63,705 nt of DNA, filler included, from Octopus bimaculoides (GCF_001194135.2; 7 parts of 6 records of this genome joined end to end with filler, not necessarily neighbours in it), one strand, 5' to 3'. Shown: positions 40,221-53,422, counted from the whole stretch's first letter. The notes: generated by a model not told the origin, from the sequence alone. Numbers and translations are program-made.

Positions 40221-40606
40221 GTGGAGGCGCAATGGCCCAGTGGTTATGGCAGCGAACTCGCGGTCATAGGGTCGTGGTTTCGTTTCCCAGACCGGGCGTT
40301 GTGAGTGTTTATTGAGCGAAAACACCTAAAGCTCCACGAGGCTGCGGCAGGGGATGGTGGTGAACCCTGCTGTACTCTTCCACCACAACTTTCTCTCACT
40401 CTGACTTCCTGTTTCTGTTGTGCCTGTAATTCAAAGGGCCAGCCTTGTCCCACTGTGTCACGCTGAATATCCTCGAGAACTACGGTATGGGTACACGTGT
40501 CTGTGGAGTGCTCAACCACTTGCACGTTAATTTCACGAGCAGGCTGTTCCGTTGATCGGATCAACTGGAACCCTCGACGTCGTAAGCGACGGAGTGCCAA
40601 CAACAA
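40221..40606 (+). mobile_element. SINE family B, full length with 10-bp TSD
   Basis: Head GTGGAGGCGCAATGGCCCAGTGG...GTTTCG(A/T)TTCCC and (CAA)n tail. TSD ATAGAATGTT at 40211-40220 and 40607-40616. Confidence 0.92.
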
Positions 40607-41164
40607 ATAGAATGTTAGATGAGAAAAGTTTACTATAACTCTCACTCAACTTCTGTTTTATGGCGGAAAGGCTCACCGTGATTGGTCTTCCACTACCTTC
40701 TCATTGTGCAGCAAAGTCGATTGTGAGAGAACGAGAAGAATACTTCCTAGTGCTTGACTGGTGTTTTATTTATCGAAATCCCAGGAGGATGAAAGTGAAG
40801 TTGATAATGGCTGAATTTGAATTCAACGTAAGGAGCCAATACAATTAGCGCATATCATTTTGTCCCGAGCTGTAAACTATTTTGACGATCGATCGCCTCG
40901 TAATCCGATAAATATTATGCTTTGACTGGTGTTAAGAGACCTGACAAACTATCACCAACTTTTTAAACTAGCCTATTCATTAGTATACTAAACAAAATTT
41001 TTTACGAAGCTTTAAGTTGATGTTTGTTCGAATAAGCGTAAATAGGTATCATAGTGCTGTTTAGTCTTCTGTACTGAGTGTATGGCCCAGTCACGTAACT
41101 GTCAACAGTCCTATGTAACACAATATGAGATGAGACTGGACCTTTTAATTATAGACACCATCCG

Positions 41165-41720
41165 TTCGACAGTTTTCCATTCAGTTTCCGTCTGTTTCAC
41201 ATAAATTAGGTTGACCCGAGGCTAAGGTAAGAGATATTTACTCATGATAACACGTGATGGAATCGAACTCGGAAACTTATGATTTTAAAGCGAACTTCTT
41301 AATTACTCGGCTATGCCTGCGTCTACTTATTTTTTAAAACTTATTTGTTTCTGTCAGTGGACTTCGGCCATTCAGGGGCACTACCTTGAAGGATTTAGTC
41401 GGACAAATGGACCTCAGTACTTGTTTATTTTTAAAGCCTGGACCTTATTCTATGGGTCTCTTTTGCCGAACCGCTAATTTATGGGGACATAAACAAAACA
41501 ACACCGATTACCAAGTAGAGAAGCAGAGAGGGAGGGAAAAGCACATACACAAAGACTTACACACATATGTCGGGCTTCCACACAGTTTCCAGCAACCAAA
41601 TTCAGTCACAAGCCATTGGTTGGTCCATAGCTCTAGTAGATGCTTGTTCAAGGCGCCAAGCTGTGAAACTGAACACAAAACCATATGGTTGCAAAGCTAA
41701 CTTAACTATATAGTCATGCC
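41165..41720 (-). mobile_element. Two adjacent diverged family A SINE copies
   Basis: Head fragment at about 41165-41327 and a longer copy at about 41335-41720. Confidence 0.65.
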
Positions 41721-42447
41721 AAACACAAAAACATACAAATGTCCAAATATTTAACGAGCTCCTTATCTTATCGTCTGCCTATATCATACATACTCATTCA
41801 CTATCTACTAATAGAACTTGAACCTTCTTTCCTTTGTTTTGAACGCAGACTGACGTCAGGTTCATTATATCAAGCAATCACTACTAATTAGCACTTCAGA
41901 ATTACTTCTGCTCCAAATTTCTACTCTTCCGTTGAAGATTTTAATCAATCTTTTGAATGGCCGTTTATGACTGAGCGAAATTACTCTTCATCGCCATCAC
42001 AGAAATACAAGACGATAACGAGCCAACAAGGAAACTTCTACTTAGACGCTCGACCTGTTAGGAATAGTGGCTCAAATTTCTTCACACTAAATCCTTCATT
42101 CTTAAAAAAGAACACAAAGTAATCGCGCAATACATATAACGAAGCGCTATGCATTTTAATGTGTACAGGTACACTTGTGAATTGGTTCTCTGAAGGAGTT
42201 ATTAGATACAGCCACAGGCTAAATAGTTCATTTTCGTAGTTTTGTAAAAGCAAGCTTTGAAACTCTATTGATTCAAGACGTTTTAATTTTTATTTATCAT
42301 ATTGTATGTATTTATCTCAGGTTTTTGAAAACTTAAATGGAAGAAGATTATATGTGTTTATCAAACTATAAACAATATCTTGTATGTGGGTTAGATTTAG
42401 GCTAAGAATGTTTCATAGAACTGTGTATGTGTCCATATATATATATA

Positions 42448-42655
42448 TTCAATAATAGGATAAAATCTTTTACAAGAATTTTATCAAGTAGCTAGTGTGA
42501 AAAAACTCATAAGGGAAGAATCCATCATTATTTCCTAGAATATATTTATTTATATTTATATAAGGGCATTACTACAGAAGAATGCCTCACGCTAAACTAC
42601 CATAATAAACACTAGCGTGAGGCATTCTTCTATAATAATGCCCTTATATAAATAT
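42448..42655 (+). repeat. AGGATAAA family copy ending in a fold-back
   Basis: Arms of about 44 bp (about 42551-42594 and 42613-42656) around an 18-nt spacer. Confidence 0.8.
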
Positions 42656-42865
42656 ATATATATATATGTAGTTAAAACTTACTTGCAAGGATGACGCGTG
42701 CGTTCGATCATGTAATAATACAAATAATATGTGAGTATATGCATACATTATATTTTACTCATATTTCTGTATATATTTTATTCTATTTAACTTTATAATA
42801 TTGTAGTAACTATTTCTGTATTTTTTTTATTTCATAAACAGTTAGAATGTATGTAATTAGTGTAT

Positions 42866-43069
42866 AGGCACAGAGTGGCTGTGTGGTAAGTAGCTTGCTT
42901 ACCAACCACATGGTTCCGGGTTCAGTCCCACTGCGTGGTACCTTGGGCAAGTATCTTCTACTATAGCCTCGGGCCGACCAAAGCCTTGTGAATGGATTTC
43001 GTAGACGGAAACTGAAAGAAGCACATCGTATGTATGTATATATATATATATATATATATNNNNNNNNNN

Positions 43070-43101
<32 letters not shown>

Positions 43102-43260
43102 TATATATGTGTGTGTGTTTGTGTGTATGTCTTTTGTCTCCACACCATCACTTGACAACCAATGTTAGTGTGTTTAAGTCCCCGTAATCCAGCGGTTCGG
43201 CAAAGAGAGCCCGATAAAATAAGTACTAGGCTTACAAAGAATAAGTCCTGGGGTCGATTA
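42866..43260 (+). mobile_element. SINE family A, 3'-truncated
   Basis: Head intact; the match ends at CTGGGGTCGATT. Confidence 0.88.
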
Positions 43261-44099
43261 ACCGGCTACTTGCTTATAAACTACTGCTACTCACAAATTT
43301 CCTTGGATTTGAGTTTATTCTCCTTTAAAAATAATTACAACATTTGTGACAAACAATAGATATATACTGCTCTATTTTGAGTAGAAGTCCTTAAGAACAT
43401 AAACTCTCTCTTCGATGATGGTATCGCTAGTTTCCAAAAATGTTTTGTCTCATGATGGGCTCAGAATCATACACGAAAGAGGATTTTTTTCACTTTTAGT
43501 TCACAAAAGAAGCGCAAAAGGCCTCTCTGACGTAGCTCCTCACCTTGCTAGAAATATACGCCGAATCTACCTGGAATCACACTTTACTGTCTTAAAAAAC
43601 AGAACAAATCGGCTGATGTAACCTCAGATACTCGATGGGGGGAAAAAGGGTAGAGAGGTAGGATAGAACGGCGGGACCTCTTTGATTCATAGACCTGCTT
43701 GATCAGGCCTAACCTGTGGCTAAACAATAACAGATCTCAGACAGATTCTGCATGGGAAATCTTCGTTCGTTGGTGGCCGTGTATTAATTTTCAGCAATAA
43801 AATTGCTGAAATGGATATAGCATATTCAAACAGAAAATATCAATATGATTTATGTGTTGAAATCTCGTTAGTTTGAGCCACACTTCTTTTCTGTTATTGC
43901 TAGTCAATGACAGACAGGTATTACAGACAAGTTTAGTTATTGCAAAGTATGCTTAAGTAAATAAGCACAAGGGATTACGTTGCGCTGATGATTACTGTCA
44001 ACAAAAAATACATGGAATGTGTGAAACAGACGGTGCGGACTGATATCCTACTTCCTAAAGCTTCGCATGCATACACGCATACATACATACATACATACA

Positions 44100-44132
<33 letters not shown>

Positions 44133-44334
44133 TCATATACGCACACACACACACATAAACAACCCGTTTTTATGTTAACTTCTTCCAAAACTGTGTATCA
44201 AGCACTCTTAAGCTTTTTGTACGAAAATAAAAGCAAATTTCCATTTTCTTCCAATCTCTTGTTCTTATGTATGTGTCTGTGTTTGTTTGTGTGTGTATGT
44301 ATGCGTGTGCTCTTATATATACACACACACACAT

Positions 44335-44810
44335 ATAAACGTGTATGTACACNNNNNNNNNNNNNNNNNNCATATATACATACACACATGTATATAAACG
44401 TGTATGTACACACGCATGTACATATATATACACACACATGTACATATATACACACACACATACACACATATATATAAACGTGTATGTACACACGCATGTA
44501 CATATATATACACACACGTACATATATACACACACATACACACATATATATAAACGTGTATGTACACACGCATGTACATATATATACACACACATGTACA
44601 TAGAAAAAATATATACACACATGTACATACATATACACACACACGCGCACATATATATAAACGTGTATGTACACACGCATGTACATATATATACGCACAC
44701 ATGTACATATATATACACACACATGTACATACATATACACACACATACACACACACATATATATAAACGTGTATGTACACACGCATGTACATTTGTATAC
44801 ACACACATGC
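44335..44810. repeat. Compound minisatellite
   Basis: ATAAACGTGTATGTACAC recurs at 44335, 44394, 44474, 44550, 44657 and 44763. Confidence 0.85.
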
Positions 44811-45202
44811 ACACATTCTGTGCTATTAGAGTACATTTTTCTTTTATGCCTATTTAGTTAAGCAAATGACAAGAATGTTAGTTAACTAATCAAAAGTATT
44901 CTCTAACATCGCGGTTAGTTAGTATAATGTAAATACAATTCTTATGTCAAGAAAGAAGAAAGGCAAAAAGATTAACTGAGCTTTTTGTTCATGCTTATAG
45001 CCATTATCTGATTGAAAGCATTTAAGGTCGGTTTTTAGTGTAAATGAACGAACAGGTGGACACCAGTTAACGGCATCTATTAATTTAACTGACTACTTGC
45101 TTATAAACTACTGCTTAACCTATAACAGCAAATACTCACACAAGTGATGTAGTGGTATGCACTTGTATGCTCACTTGTAATTTGCTAATATTTGTAGTTT
45201 AT

Positions 45203-45417
45203 AAGGCAGTGAGCTGGCAGAAACGTTAGCACCTCGGGTAAAATGTTTAGCGGCATTTCGTCCGTCTTTACGTTATGAGTTCGAATTCCGCTGAGGTTAA
45301 CTTTGCCTTTCATCCTTCCAGGGTTCGATAGAATAATTACAAGTTGAGTGCTGGGATCCATGTAATCAATTTACATCCTCCTCCGAAATTGCTGCCCTTG
45401 TGTCAAAATTTGAAACC
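45203..45417 (+). mobile_element. SINE family D with 16-bp TSD
   Basis: AATATTTGTA(G/A)TTTAT at 45187-45202 and 45418-45433. Confidence 0.88.
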
Positions 45418-46075
45418 AATATTTGTAATTTATTTAGAGCTAAAAAGTCTTCTACAGCGAAGATAATTTAGTTACATTAGAGTTATTGACAGGGACTCAC
45501 AACACGAAATTGAGGACCAACCAATGCTAATGAAGAGACAGATTCCTGGCGTGGCGTAATAAAACGTATCCCTGTTGAGGCGGCTTGAAGAAACAAGCGG
45601 TTTATTAATACAGGAATAATAACAATAGCTGTGAATCATATCACACTACGTAATAGCTACATACGGTGAAGTGGACTGAACCGTTTAGAGCTAAATGTAT
45701 CTTCTTCAAAGACATAGTACAACGAACTATAAGGCACTGTAGCATAACTTAGTTACAGCTTGACAGAGTTGTATTACTGTGGTCTTGGACATAGACACAA
45801 TTTAGTGAAGTGTTCCACCTTGTGGTAACTACTTACAAGCAGATGGAATGTGACATTAAAAGTTAAGGGTCCTATTTAACGGTGACTAATAATGAACTAT
45901 TTCGTAGTTTGGTGCCTGCTTACAGTTTGACAGACTGAGCTGTCGAGGGTTATGCGTGTTGGTTAAGGATACAATACAATGATCTATACTAGAAAGTGGT
46001 ACCTACGCACACCTAGGTTTACTGTACTAGCTGTATTAGACTAAACGAGTCAAGATACATGAAGTGAATATTTAT

Positions 46076-46142
<67 letters not shown>

Positions 46143-46242
46143 NNNNNNNNNNNNNNNNNNNNNNNNNNNNNNNNNNNNNNNNNNNNTTAATTAATTAANN
46201 NNNNNNNNNNNNNNNNNNNNNNNNNNNNNNNNNNNNNNNNNN

Positions 46243-46290
<48 letters not shown>

Positions 46291-46507
46291 CAGTAATCCC
46301 TCACCATATCGTGTTTTTCCTATCTCAGTTTATTATTTAAGCTTACATTAACTCCTCTGTGGTGTTGTTTTGCATTTATAATAAAATAAACGCATGCAAA
46401 TTATAAAAATAAAAAATAAAAATATACAATACTGTTTCTACTTTGCGGATTTGCATCTATTGTGGGTGTTTTGGAATGTAACACCCACAATAGGTGAGGG
46501 ATTACTG
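46291..46507. mobile_element. Tigger/pogo-like MITE
   Basis: 15-bp perfect TIR CAGTAATCCCTCACC, TA at the left flank, and an internal 13-bp perfect hairpin TATTGTGGGTGTT/AACACCCACAATA. The right half is repeated at 47109-47209. Confidence 0.8.
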
Positions 46508-46511
46508 TGTG

Positions 46512-46594
<83 letters not shown>

Positions 46595-47668
46595 NNNNNN
46601 NNNNNNNNNNNNNNNNNNNNNNNNNNNNNNNNNNNNNNNNNNNNNNNNNNNNNNNNNNNNNNNNNNNNNNNNNNNNNNNNNNNNNNNNNNNNNNNNNNNN
46701 NNNNNNNNNNNNNNNNNNNNNNNNNNNNNNNNNNNNNNNNNNNNNNNNNNNNNNNNNNNNNNNNNNNNNNNNNNNNNNNNNNNNNNNNNNNNNNNNNNNN
46801 NNNNNNNNNNNNNNNNNNNNNNNNNNNNNNNNNNNNNNNNNNNNNNNNNNNNNNNNNNNNNNNNNNNNNNNNNNNNNNNNNNNNNNNNNNNNNNNNNNNN
46901 NNNNNNNNNNNNNNNNNNNNNNNNNNNNNNNNNNNNNNNNNNNNNNNNNNNNNNNNNNNNNNNNNNNNNNNNNNNNNNNNNNNNNNNNNNNNNNNNNNNN
47001 NNNNNNNNNNNNNNNNNNNNNNNNNNNNNNNNNNNNNNNNNNNNNNNNNNNNNNNNNNNNNNNNNNNNNNNNNNNNNNNNNNNNNNNNNNNNNNNNNNNN
47101 NNNNNNNNAAATAAAAAATAAAAATATACAATACTGTTTCTACTTTGCGGATTTGCATCTATTGTGGGTGTTTTGGAATGTAACACCCACAATAGGTGAG
47201 GGATTACTGTGTGTATATATATATATATATGTGTGTGTGTGTGGGTAACAAGTCCTAACATTCAAACCCCTTCTTTCTGAATTATCAGTTCACTATCATG
47301 AGTGAGTTACAGCTGGGACATGCGATTTTTACATGACCACCCTATTCATAAACCAATCAGCTTGCAGGAGATCATGCCACCAGTTAGAACATCATCTCAA
47401 GAATCCTTCAAATTCATGCCCTTTTTTCTCAAATTAAGGAGTTTGGTACTAAAATCTTCACAGAGTTCTAATGGCATCTGAAGACAACACAATTCAGTTC
47501 TTGCCAAACAAGTCAAAGAAGAAGCTTCCACAAGATTTAGTGGTCACACATCTCAAAGATAACTAATTGTTGAGTAACCCAATCAAAGATATGTTATTCC
47601 ACTTCTCACCACAAGAAAAACTCACATCTCCCTTCTCTTCAATAACTGTAGAACTTTAAGAACTGTAG

Positions 47669-47752
47669 AACACCATGAAAGTCAATCCTTATAAAGGATT
47701 GACTTTCAATCCTTAAGGATTGAAATTCAATCCTCAAACACCATGAAAGTCA
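47669..47752. repeat. Chained alternating palindromes between 16-bp direct repeats
   Basis: CAATCC/GGATTG alternate five times; AACACCATGAAAGTCA occurs at 47669 and 47737. Confidence 0.85.
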
Positions 47753-47886
47753 GTCCTCAGTCTATCTTCCAATGACTATCTAATAATTTATATGTGTATC
47801 TGTGTATACATATTCCTGTGTATGCACATGTATATATAATCATGTGTTTTGTTTGTCTATTATATGCATGTATGTATACATGTGTA

Positions 47887-48475
47887 CATGATCTGATCAA
47901 TAACGATCCAGACTGTTGCCATAGCAATGAAGACCTTGAACTCTGTCGTGCATTGCAACAAAGTTTTAACATCCTAGCTCACTTCTGCTGTTTACAGCAG
48001 TGCTTGGAAGAAAGGTGTGTAGCATGTGATCGTTACATTAACCATGACAGAGAAAGTTAAACAGAGAATCAGCATCAAATTTTGTCAAAAGCTTGGCAAT
48101 ACCTGCTCAGAGGCAGGGTCTCACAGAACGTTTGTCACTATCGACATTTTTTCAGTCATTTTGGAAACATGTGAACCTCTCATACACTTGTGTGCAGCTC
48201 ATACACTCCTCTTCATACACTTTCTGTAACTTTGCATAGGCTTCTGAGCAGGTATCACCATGACAACTTTCTCTGTCATGATCAATACAACGATCATATG
48301 CTACACACCTTCCTTCCAAGCACTGCTGTAAACAGCGGAAGTAAGCTAGAACGTTAAAACTTAGTGCATATGCACAGCAGTGTTCATGGTTAATCTTTGC
48401 CAAGCAGCTTCACTCTACATGCTTTAGCTTCATTCCTATGGCAACAGTCCGGATACTTATCGATCAGACCTCATA
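47887..48475. mobile_element. Fold-back mariner made of two 5' ends
   Basis: Plus strand 47887-48115 gives TIR + MTEKVKQRISIKFCQKLGNTCSE. Minus strand 48475-48130 gives TIR + MTEKV..GDTCSEAYAKLQKVYEEECMSCTQVYERF. Confidence 0.82.
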
Positions 48476-49977
48476 TACACAGGCAAATAAGACAAAACTA
48501 CATACATATTGTATTTATAGTTGTATGCTTACATGCATATATGTGTATAGAGCCATTAATGTGTGTTTGCATATGTACTTGTATATATGATTTGCATATG
48601 TTTTCTATGTCTATTATATGCATCTATGTATATGCGTGTATACTTAGGTATACGTTATTTCCTTTGCACATTTTTTGTGATCCAATTTGTATGTTTTTGT
48701 GTATTTTTGTGTATTGTGCTTATAATATTTCAATAATGCACATAATATTTTTTTAATTCTGTAAATTTTTAATTTTAATGTTACCCTAAAGAGACAACAG
48801 CATATTCATGGCTAAAAGCAATAGGGTTTAATAACGAAAAAAAGAAAGAAATATTTTGTCTTGGTCACCAAATCCTAAAAAACATGATATTGAAAGAATC
48901 ATACCAACATTGTCTATATTAATTTTGAAGGAAGTGAGGAACTCTAATCCTTTCTTTTATCACTCACTTTCCATATAACAGCTTAGGTTACAAGGGTCCA
49001 AAACTTCTCAACATTCTGCCAGACAAACTCAGAAACCTGCATTGTGTGAATGTGAATGTTTTCAAAGAGCATTTGGACAAATTTTTATCTTAGATATCAC
49101 ATTGTGGCAGAAAACACAAAGAAGAGTAGCACTGGCCAACTTGGTCCTTCACCAGAAACAATTCTGGAAAGAAAGCTGGGAAGTGAATGTGAAATTAAAA
49201 GTAATAACACTAAAGGTAAGGCAGTACTCCAGCATGGCCTCAGCCGCTAGCTGAAACCAGTAAAAGTCAAAAGTAAAAGAAAATTATATATATATAGATA
49301 TATGTGTGTGTGTGTGTGTAAAACAAGTATGTGTGTGTATACATACACACACTTGTTTTACTTGTTCTAGCAGACACAATCATATCAAACATCAGAAATG
49401 AGAAACTCAGAGGCGTGCTTAGTAAAAATACTCAACTTCCAATAGATATACTCAACATTTTGTATTGTGTACTGTCGTTCTTCTTTCTATTCACACAAAT
49501 TTTGTTGCCAAAAGAAATATACACAAATGCATTCATACATGCATATGTGTGTGTGTGCATGTATGTGTGTTCATATGTGAGTGAGTGAGTGAGTGAGTGA
49601 ATGAGTGAGTGTGTGAATGAGTGTGTGTGTGTGTTAGGTAGAAGTAGTAATAGTTGTCTATTGAAAAATTTTCTATATTTTACACTATCTGATATTAATG
49701 AAGTTTGTGAAATAATATTGGAAAACCTTGTTTGCTTGTTCTGGTTTTTTTTTTTTTAGTTTTTTTTTTTAGGGTGATGCAATATCAATAGCCCATTATT
49801 TCCATTTTAATCCTATCTTGTGCTTTTGTTTCTTTTTCATTTTTTATATTTTATTATTTCATTTTTTATTTATAATTTTGTTTTCATTTTTGTTTAACTA
49901 GAATTTAAAAGAAAAGAAACAAAAAATATATATATAATTACGACAAAAGTGGCGATTAAATTGTCTTTTGAATTTAT

Positions 49978-50181
49978 TCACTTTTTGTCTTTGTTCCTGC
50001 AAACTAGCACTGGAACAGGTGAATGATGGACACAGTAATCACTGACACTCCCCATAATTGCTCGCTGCACTTTACCGATTCCTCTGGAACCAAGAATCAA
50101 TATAGTTGCACCTTCAGTTTTCACAACCTTTATGATGGCTTCACCTGGTTTGCCGTTTACCTGTAATAATCTTCCTTGTAA
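49978..50181 (-). CDS. Universal stress protein (UspA family), terminal coding exon
   Basis: Pyrimidine tract and AG acceptor (tttcag) precede a phase-0 exon of 68 codons: LQGRLLQVNGKPGEAIIKVVKTEGATILILGSRGIGKVQRAIMGSVSDYCVHHSPVPVLVCRNKDKK*. It contains the USP signature G-x2-G-x9-G-S (GSRGIGKVQRAIMGSVS) and the C-terminal HHSPVPVLV. It is absent from the ORF track. Confidence 0.93.
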   Translation of the reverse strand, partial: LQGRLLQVNGKPGEAIIKVVKTEGATILILGSRGIGKVQRAIMGSVSDYCVHHSPVPVLVCRNKDKK

Positions 50182-52099
50182 CTGAAATAAATGAACAAAG
50201 AAACCAAAAAAAAAAAAAAGAGAGAGATAATTACACTATATTTATAATTATATTAGAAAGCAAGCAAATGAAGGGGGTGGGCGAGTCTACATGGCTGTGC
50301 AACATGCTAGAAATAGCAGTCAAATCAGACTCAAATCATTTTAGAGGAAGATACTTTGTAAAATATGTACATGTGTTCTTTGCATATAGGAAGAATAAAT
50401 GAGATAGTCATGGTTGGAATACTTTTCATCATAAATCTCTTCAATGAGATTTGACCTTGGGCTAAATAGCAATGATAACATACAACTGAGTCAATGAGGA
50501 AGCTTCTATGTGGTCAGCTTAACCTGCTAGAAATAACAGCCAAACCATCTCACAATTCCTGTCTCACCATCTTACACTATCTAAGAAGAGTACATGTTGG
50601 ACAATGTGATCCATGATTCTGTAGATATAGGAAAAAGACAGGATGGCCATGGTTGGAATCTTTTGATCATAGCTCCAGGTCAGCACTGCAGGTTAATTGT
50701 TGCTATTTAGTTGTTAGAGCTTAATAACAACAACAACAATAACAACAACACTATACAATCATTGGTAGAATTCTGCTTTATGCATGCCATATAATCCCTC
50801 ATAACTTTTTTTATTTTTTAGAATTTTCAGAAAATTTTTGGAAATTTGTATTCTTCAAAGGTGAATTTACATGACAACAAAAAAAAAATTTTTATTAATT
50901 TTTGGAATTTTTTAAACATTTTTTTTTTTAAATTTTTTTATTTTTTTAATCACTATTTAAAATACAGACAGCCCAAATATTTGGTGAAAATCCAAGCAAT
51001 AGGCCACTGAATATGTTTATGAGGAGAAAGATATTGAAAAACATCAATACATCAGCCTGATAAATGAGGAGGATATGAGGTAGTCATGAGATGTGCTAAA
51101 AATAACAGCTAAATAGCTCAGGGGAGGAGATAAGTTGATTACATCAACTCCAGTATTCAACTGGTACTTATTTTATTGATACCAAAAGGATGAGAAGCAA
51201 AGTCAATCTTGGTAGAATTTGAACACAAAGCATAAATCTGGCAAAAAGGGCACTAAGCATCTTGTCCTGTGTACTAACAATTCTGCCAGCTTACTGCTTT
51301 CTGCTTAACAAAAATAACAAGAATATACATGAGGTCTATGCTATGAATCAAAAGATACTTTTTATCTTTTACTTATTTCAGTCATTTGACTATTACCATG
51401 GTGGGAGCACCACATTGAAGAGTTTTGATTGAAGAAACTCTTTTGTTTTCATTTTATATGATTCTGGCTCAGTCTCCTTAGCTGTAAACAATTGCTATGA
51501 AGACTGCCAAATGTTTTGCAGATATTGAAAGTATTTGCCAGTTGATAGAATATAGTTCAGTAGAGAACTCCATTAAGCACAGGTCATCAATAATGCAATC
51601 TGATAGGAAGCTACTGATCCAAGACATAAGAGAGAAATTGGCTCCATAGGCAGGCAGTTATGAGATTTGTGAATCACACACAGCTGAAAGCTATTTTTTA
51701 TATTGGGGCCAATATCACCACTTTCAGTAAACTTCTCAGGCAACATCATTCCACTAGTGAATGACACTGGGTCTCTCTTCAATGATTATCAATACTGAAG
51801 CTGAACGAGCAGTCATTAAGGGGACAGTGAGACTCAAGTTGCTAGACAATGTTACTAAAGATTGTCTCCATTTCCTTTGAGTTATTGAAAGTGGATGTTA
51901 TAAAATGACAGTTGGTAGGGTGAGGCAGGGTTGGAGTCAGAGGGATTTTCTTTCTTAGGAAAGAGACACACTGTGGTATATTTTCAAAGATCAAGATATA
52001 TTCCTGTAAGGATAGAGCTGAAAAGCTGGATGAGCATAGAAGCTACCTCTTGAGTATATTACTAAGGATAATGAAAGAGGTGCAATGGCCTCTTTCAAT

Positions 52100-52489
52100 G
52101 TGGAGGCGCAATGGCCCAGTGGTTAGGGCAGCGGACTTGCGGTCATAGGATCTCGGTTTCAATTCCCAGACCGGGCGTTGTGAGTGTTTATTGAGCGGAA
52201 ACACCTAAAGCTCCACGAGGCTCCGGCAGGAGATAGTGGTGAGCCCTGCTGTACTCTTCCACCGCAACTTTCTCTCACTCTTACTTCCTGTTTCTGTTGT
52301 GCCTGTAATTCAATGGGTCAGCCTTGTCACACTGTGTCACGCTGAATATCCCCGAGAACTACCTTAAAGGTACACGTATCTGTGGAGTGCTCAGCCACTT
52401 GCACATTAATTCCACGAGCAGGCTGTTCCATTGATCGGATCAACTGGAACCCTCTACGTCGTAAGCAATGGAGTGCCAACAACAACAAT
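52100..52489 (+). mobile_element. SINE family B, full length, antisense in the last USP intron
   Basis: Aligns to 40221-40606. Confidence 0.9.
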
Positions 52490-52675
52490 GAAAGAACAAT
52501 GTTAGAGTTGGTTACCATTTTGACATGAAGTGACCAGTAATACCCAGACACTCAATTACCATTCCAAAAAAATTTGGTCTCAGTTCAACAAAGGCATTGG
52601 GAATCTATCTTGAATTTGGGAATGCAAAATTAAGATTATTGTGGAAATTGTTCCAAACAGAACTGAAAGACATAC

Positions 52676-52788
52676 CTTTGCCATCTTTAATTTGTTTGTG
52701 TATTTTTCCATTAATTTCCGTACCATTTCTTTCTCTTTCTTTATTAACTCCACTACAATAGCTGGATCTACTCCACCAGATGTTAAAG
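52676..52788 (-). CDS. Universal stress protein, penultimate coding exon
   Basis: Acceptor tttcag and donor gtatgt flank 113 nt (2 nt + 37 codons: xLTSGGVDPAIVVELIKKEKEMVRKLMEKYTNKLKMAK). It ends in phase 0 and joins in frame to the exon at 50181. The predicted helical segment fits the middle of a USP domain. Confidence 0.85.
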
Positions 52789-53200
52789 CTGAAATATATA
52801 CATATATGATAATTGCTTTTTATATGCATACATGAGTGTGTGTGTATGTGTACATATAAATATCTTATGATTTTGCTCAGGTATGCTGATACCAATGACT
52901 TCTTGTCAGAACTCAATATTCATACACTTTAGAATAAAGTTTTACGAGAGTACACAGCATAATAGTAATTAATGAATGACATAAACAGGTGTTACATAGT
53001 CACCTTCATTAGCTTACAGCTATTTCTGCAATAAAAAACAGTGCACTCAGTGCTTGTGCAACATCTTTTAGCTACCTCAGAGCCATTAAGATGAAGTGTA
53101 CATTTATTTTGAAAAGCAGTTAACAACATACATGCATACATACTCACATACATATGCACATATGTATGTATATAACAAAGTATATATATATTAAATTTAA

Positions 53201-53422
53201 CCCTTTTGATACCAACCTGCCTAAAACCACCTCCGATTTTATGGTACAAATGTCTTGTTTACAAAAGTTCAGAATTAAAATCTTCCACCAAACCTTAGTC
53301 ACAATTTATGTTCCTAATACTAGCTTAATGATAACTAAGTTATTTTGCAAAATTCTTTGTTATACTTAAAATTAATTGAAAGAAACACAGAGCATCTCAA
53401 TAGAAATATGGTAACAAAAAGG
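53201..53422. mobile_element. piggyBac-like MITE
   Basis: TTAA on both sides; TIRs CCCTTTTGATACC and CCTTTTTGTTACC (11/13 match). Confidence 0.75.

Noticed and set aside
45565-46070. Possible solo LTR (TGTTG start, TTTATT)
   Set aside because: No matching end, TSD or second copy could be identified.
46407-47235. Apparent tandem duplication of the MITE right half (46407-46530 and 47109-47232)
   Set aside because: Identical copies directly flank a gap, typical of an overlapping-contig artefact.
51573-51782. Listed minus-strand ORF inside the last USP intron
   Set aside because: No USP similarity; it more likely is decayed LINE sequence, which I could not confirm.
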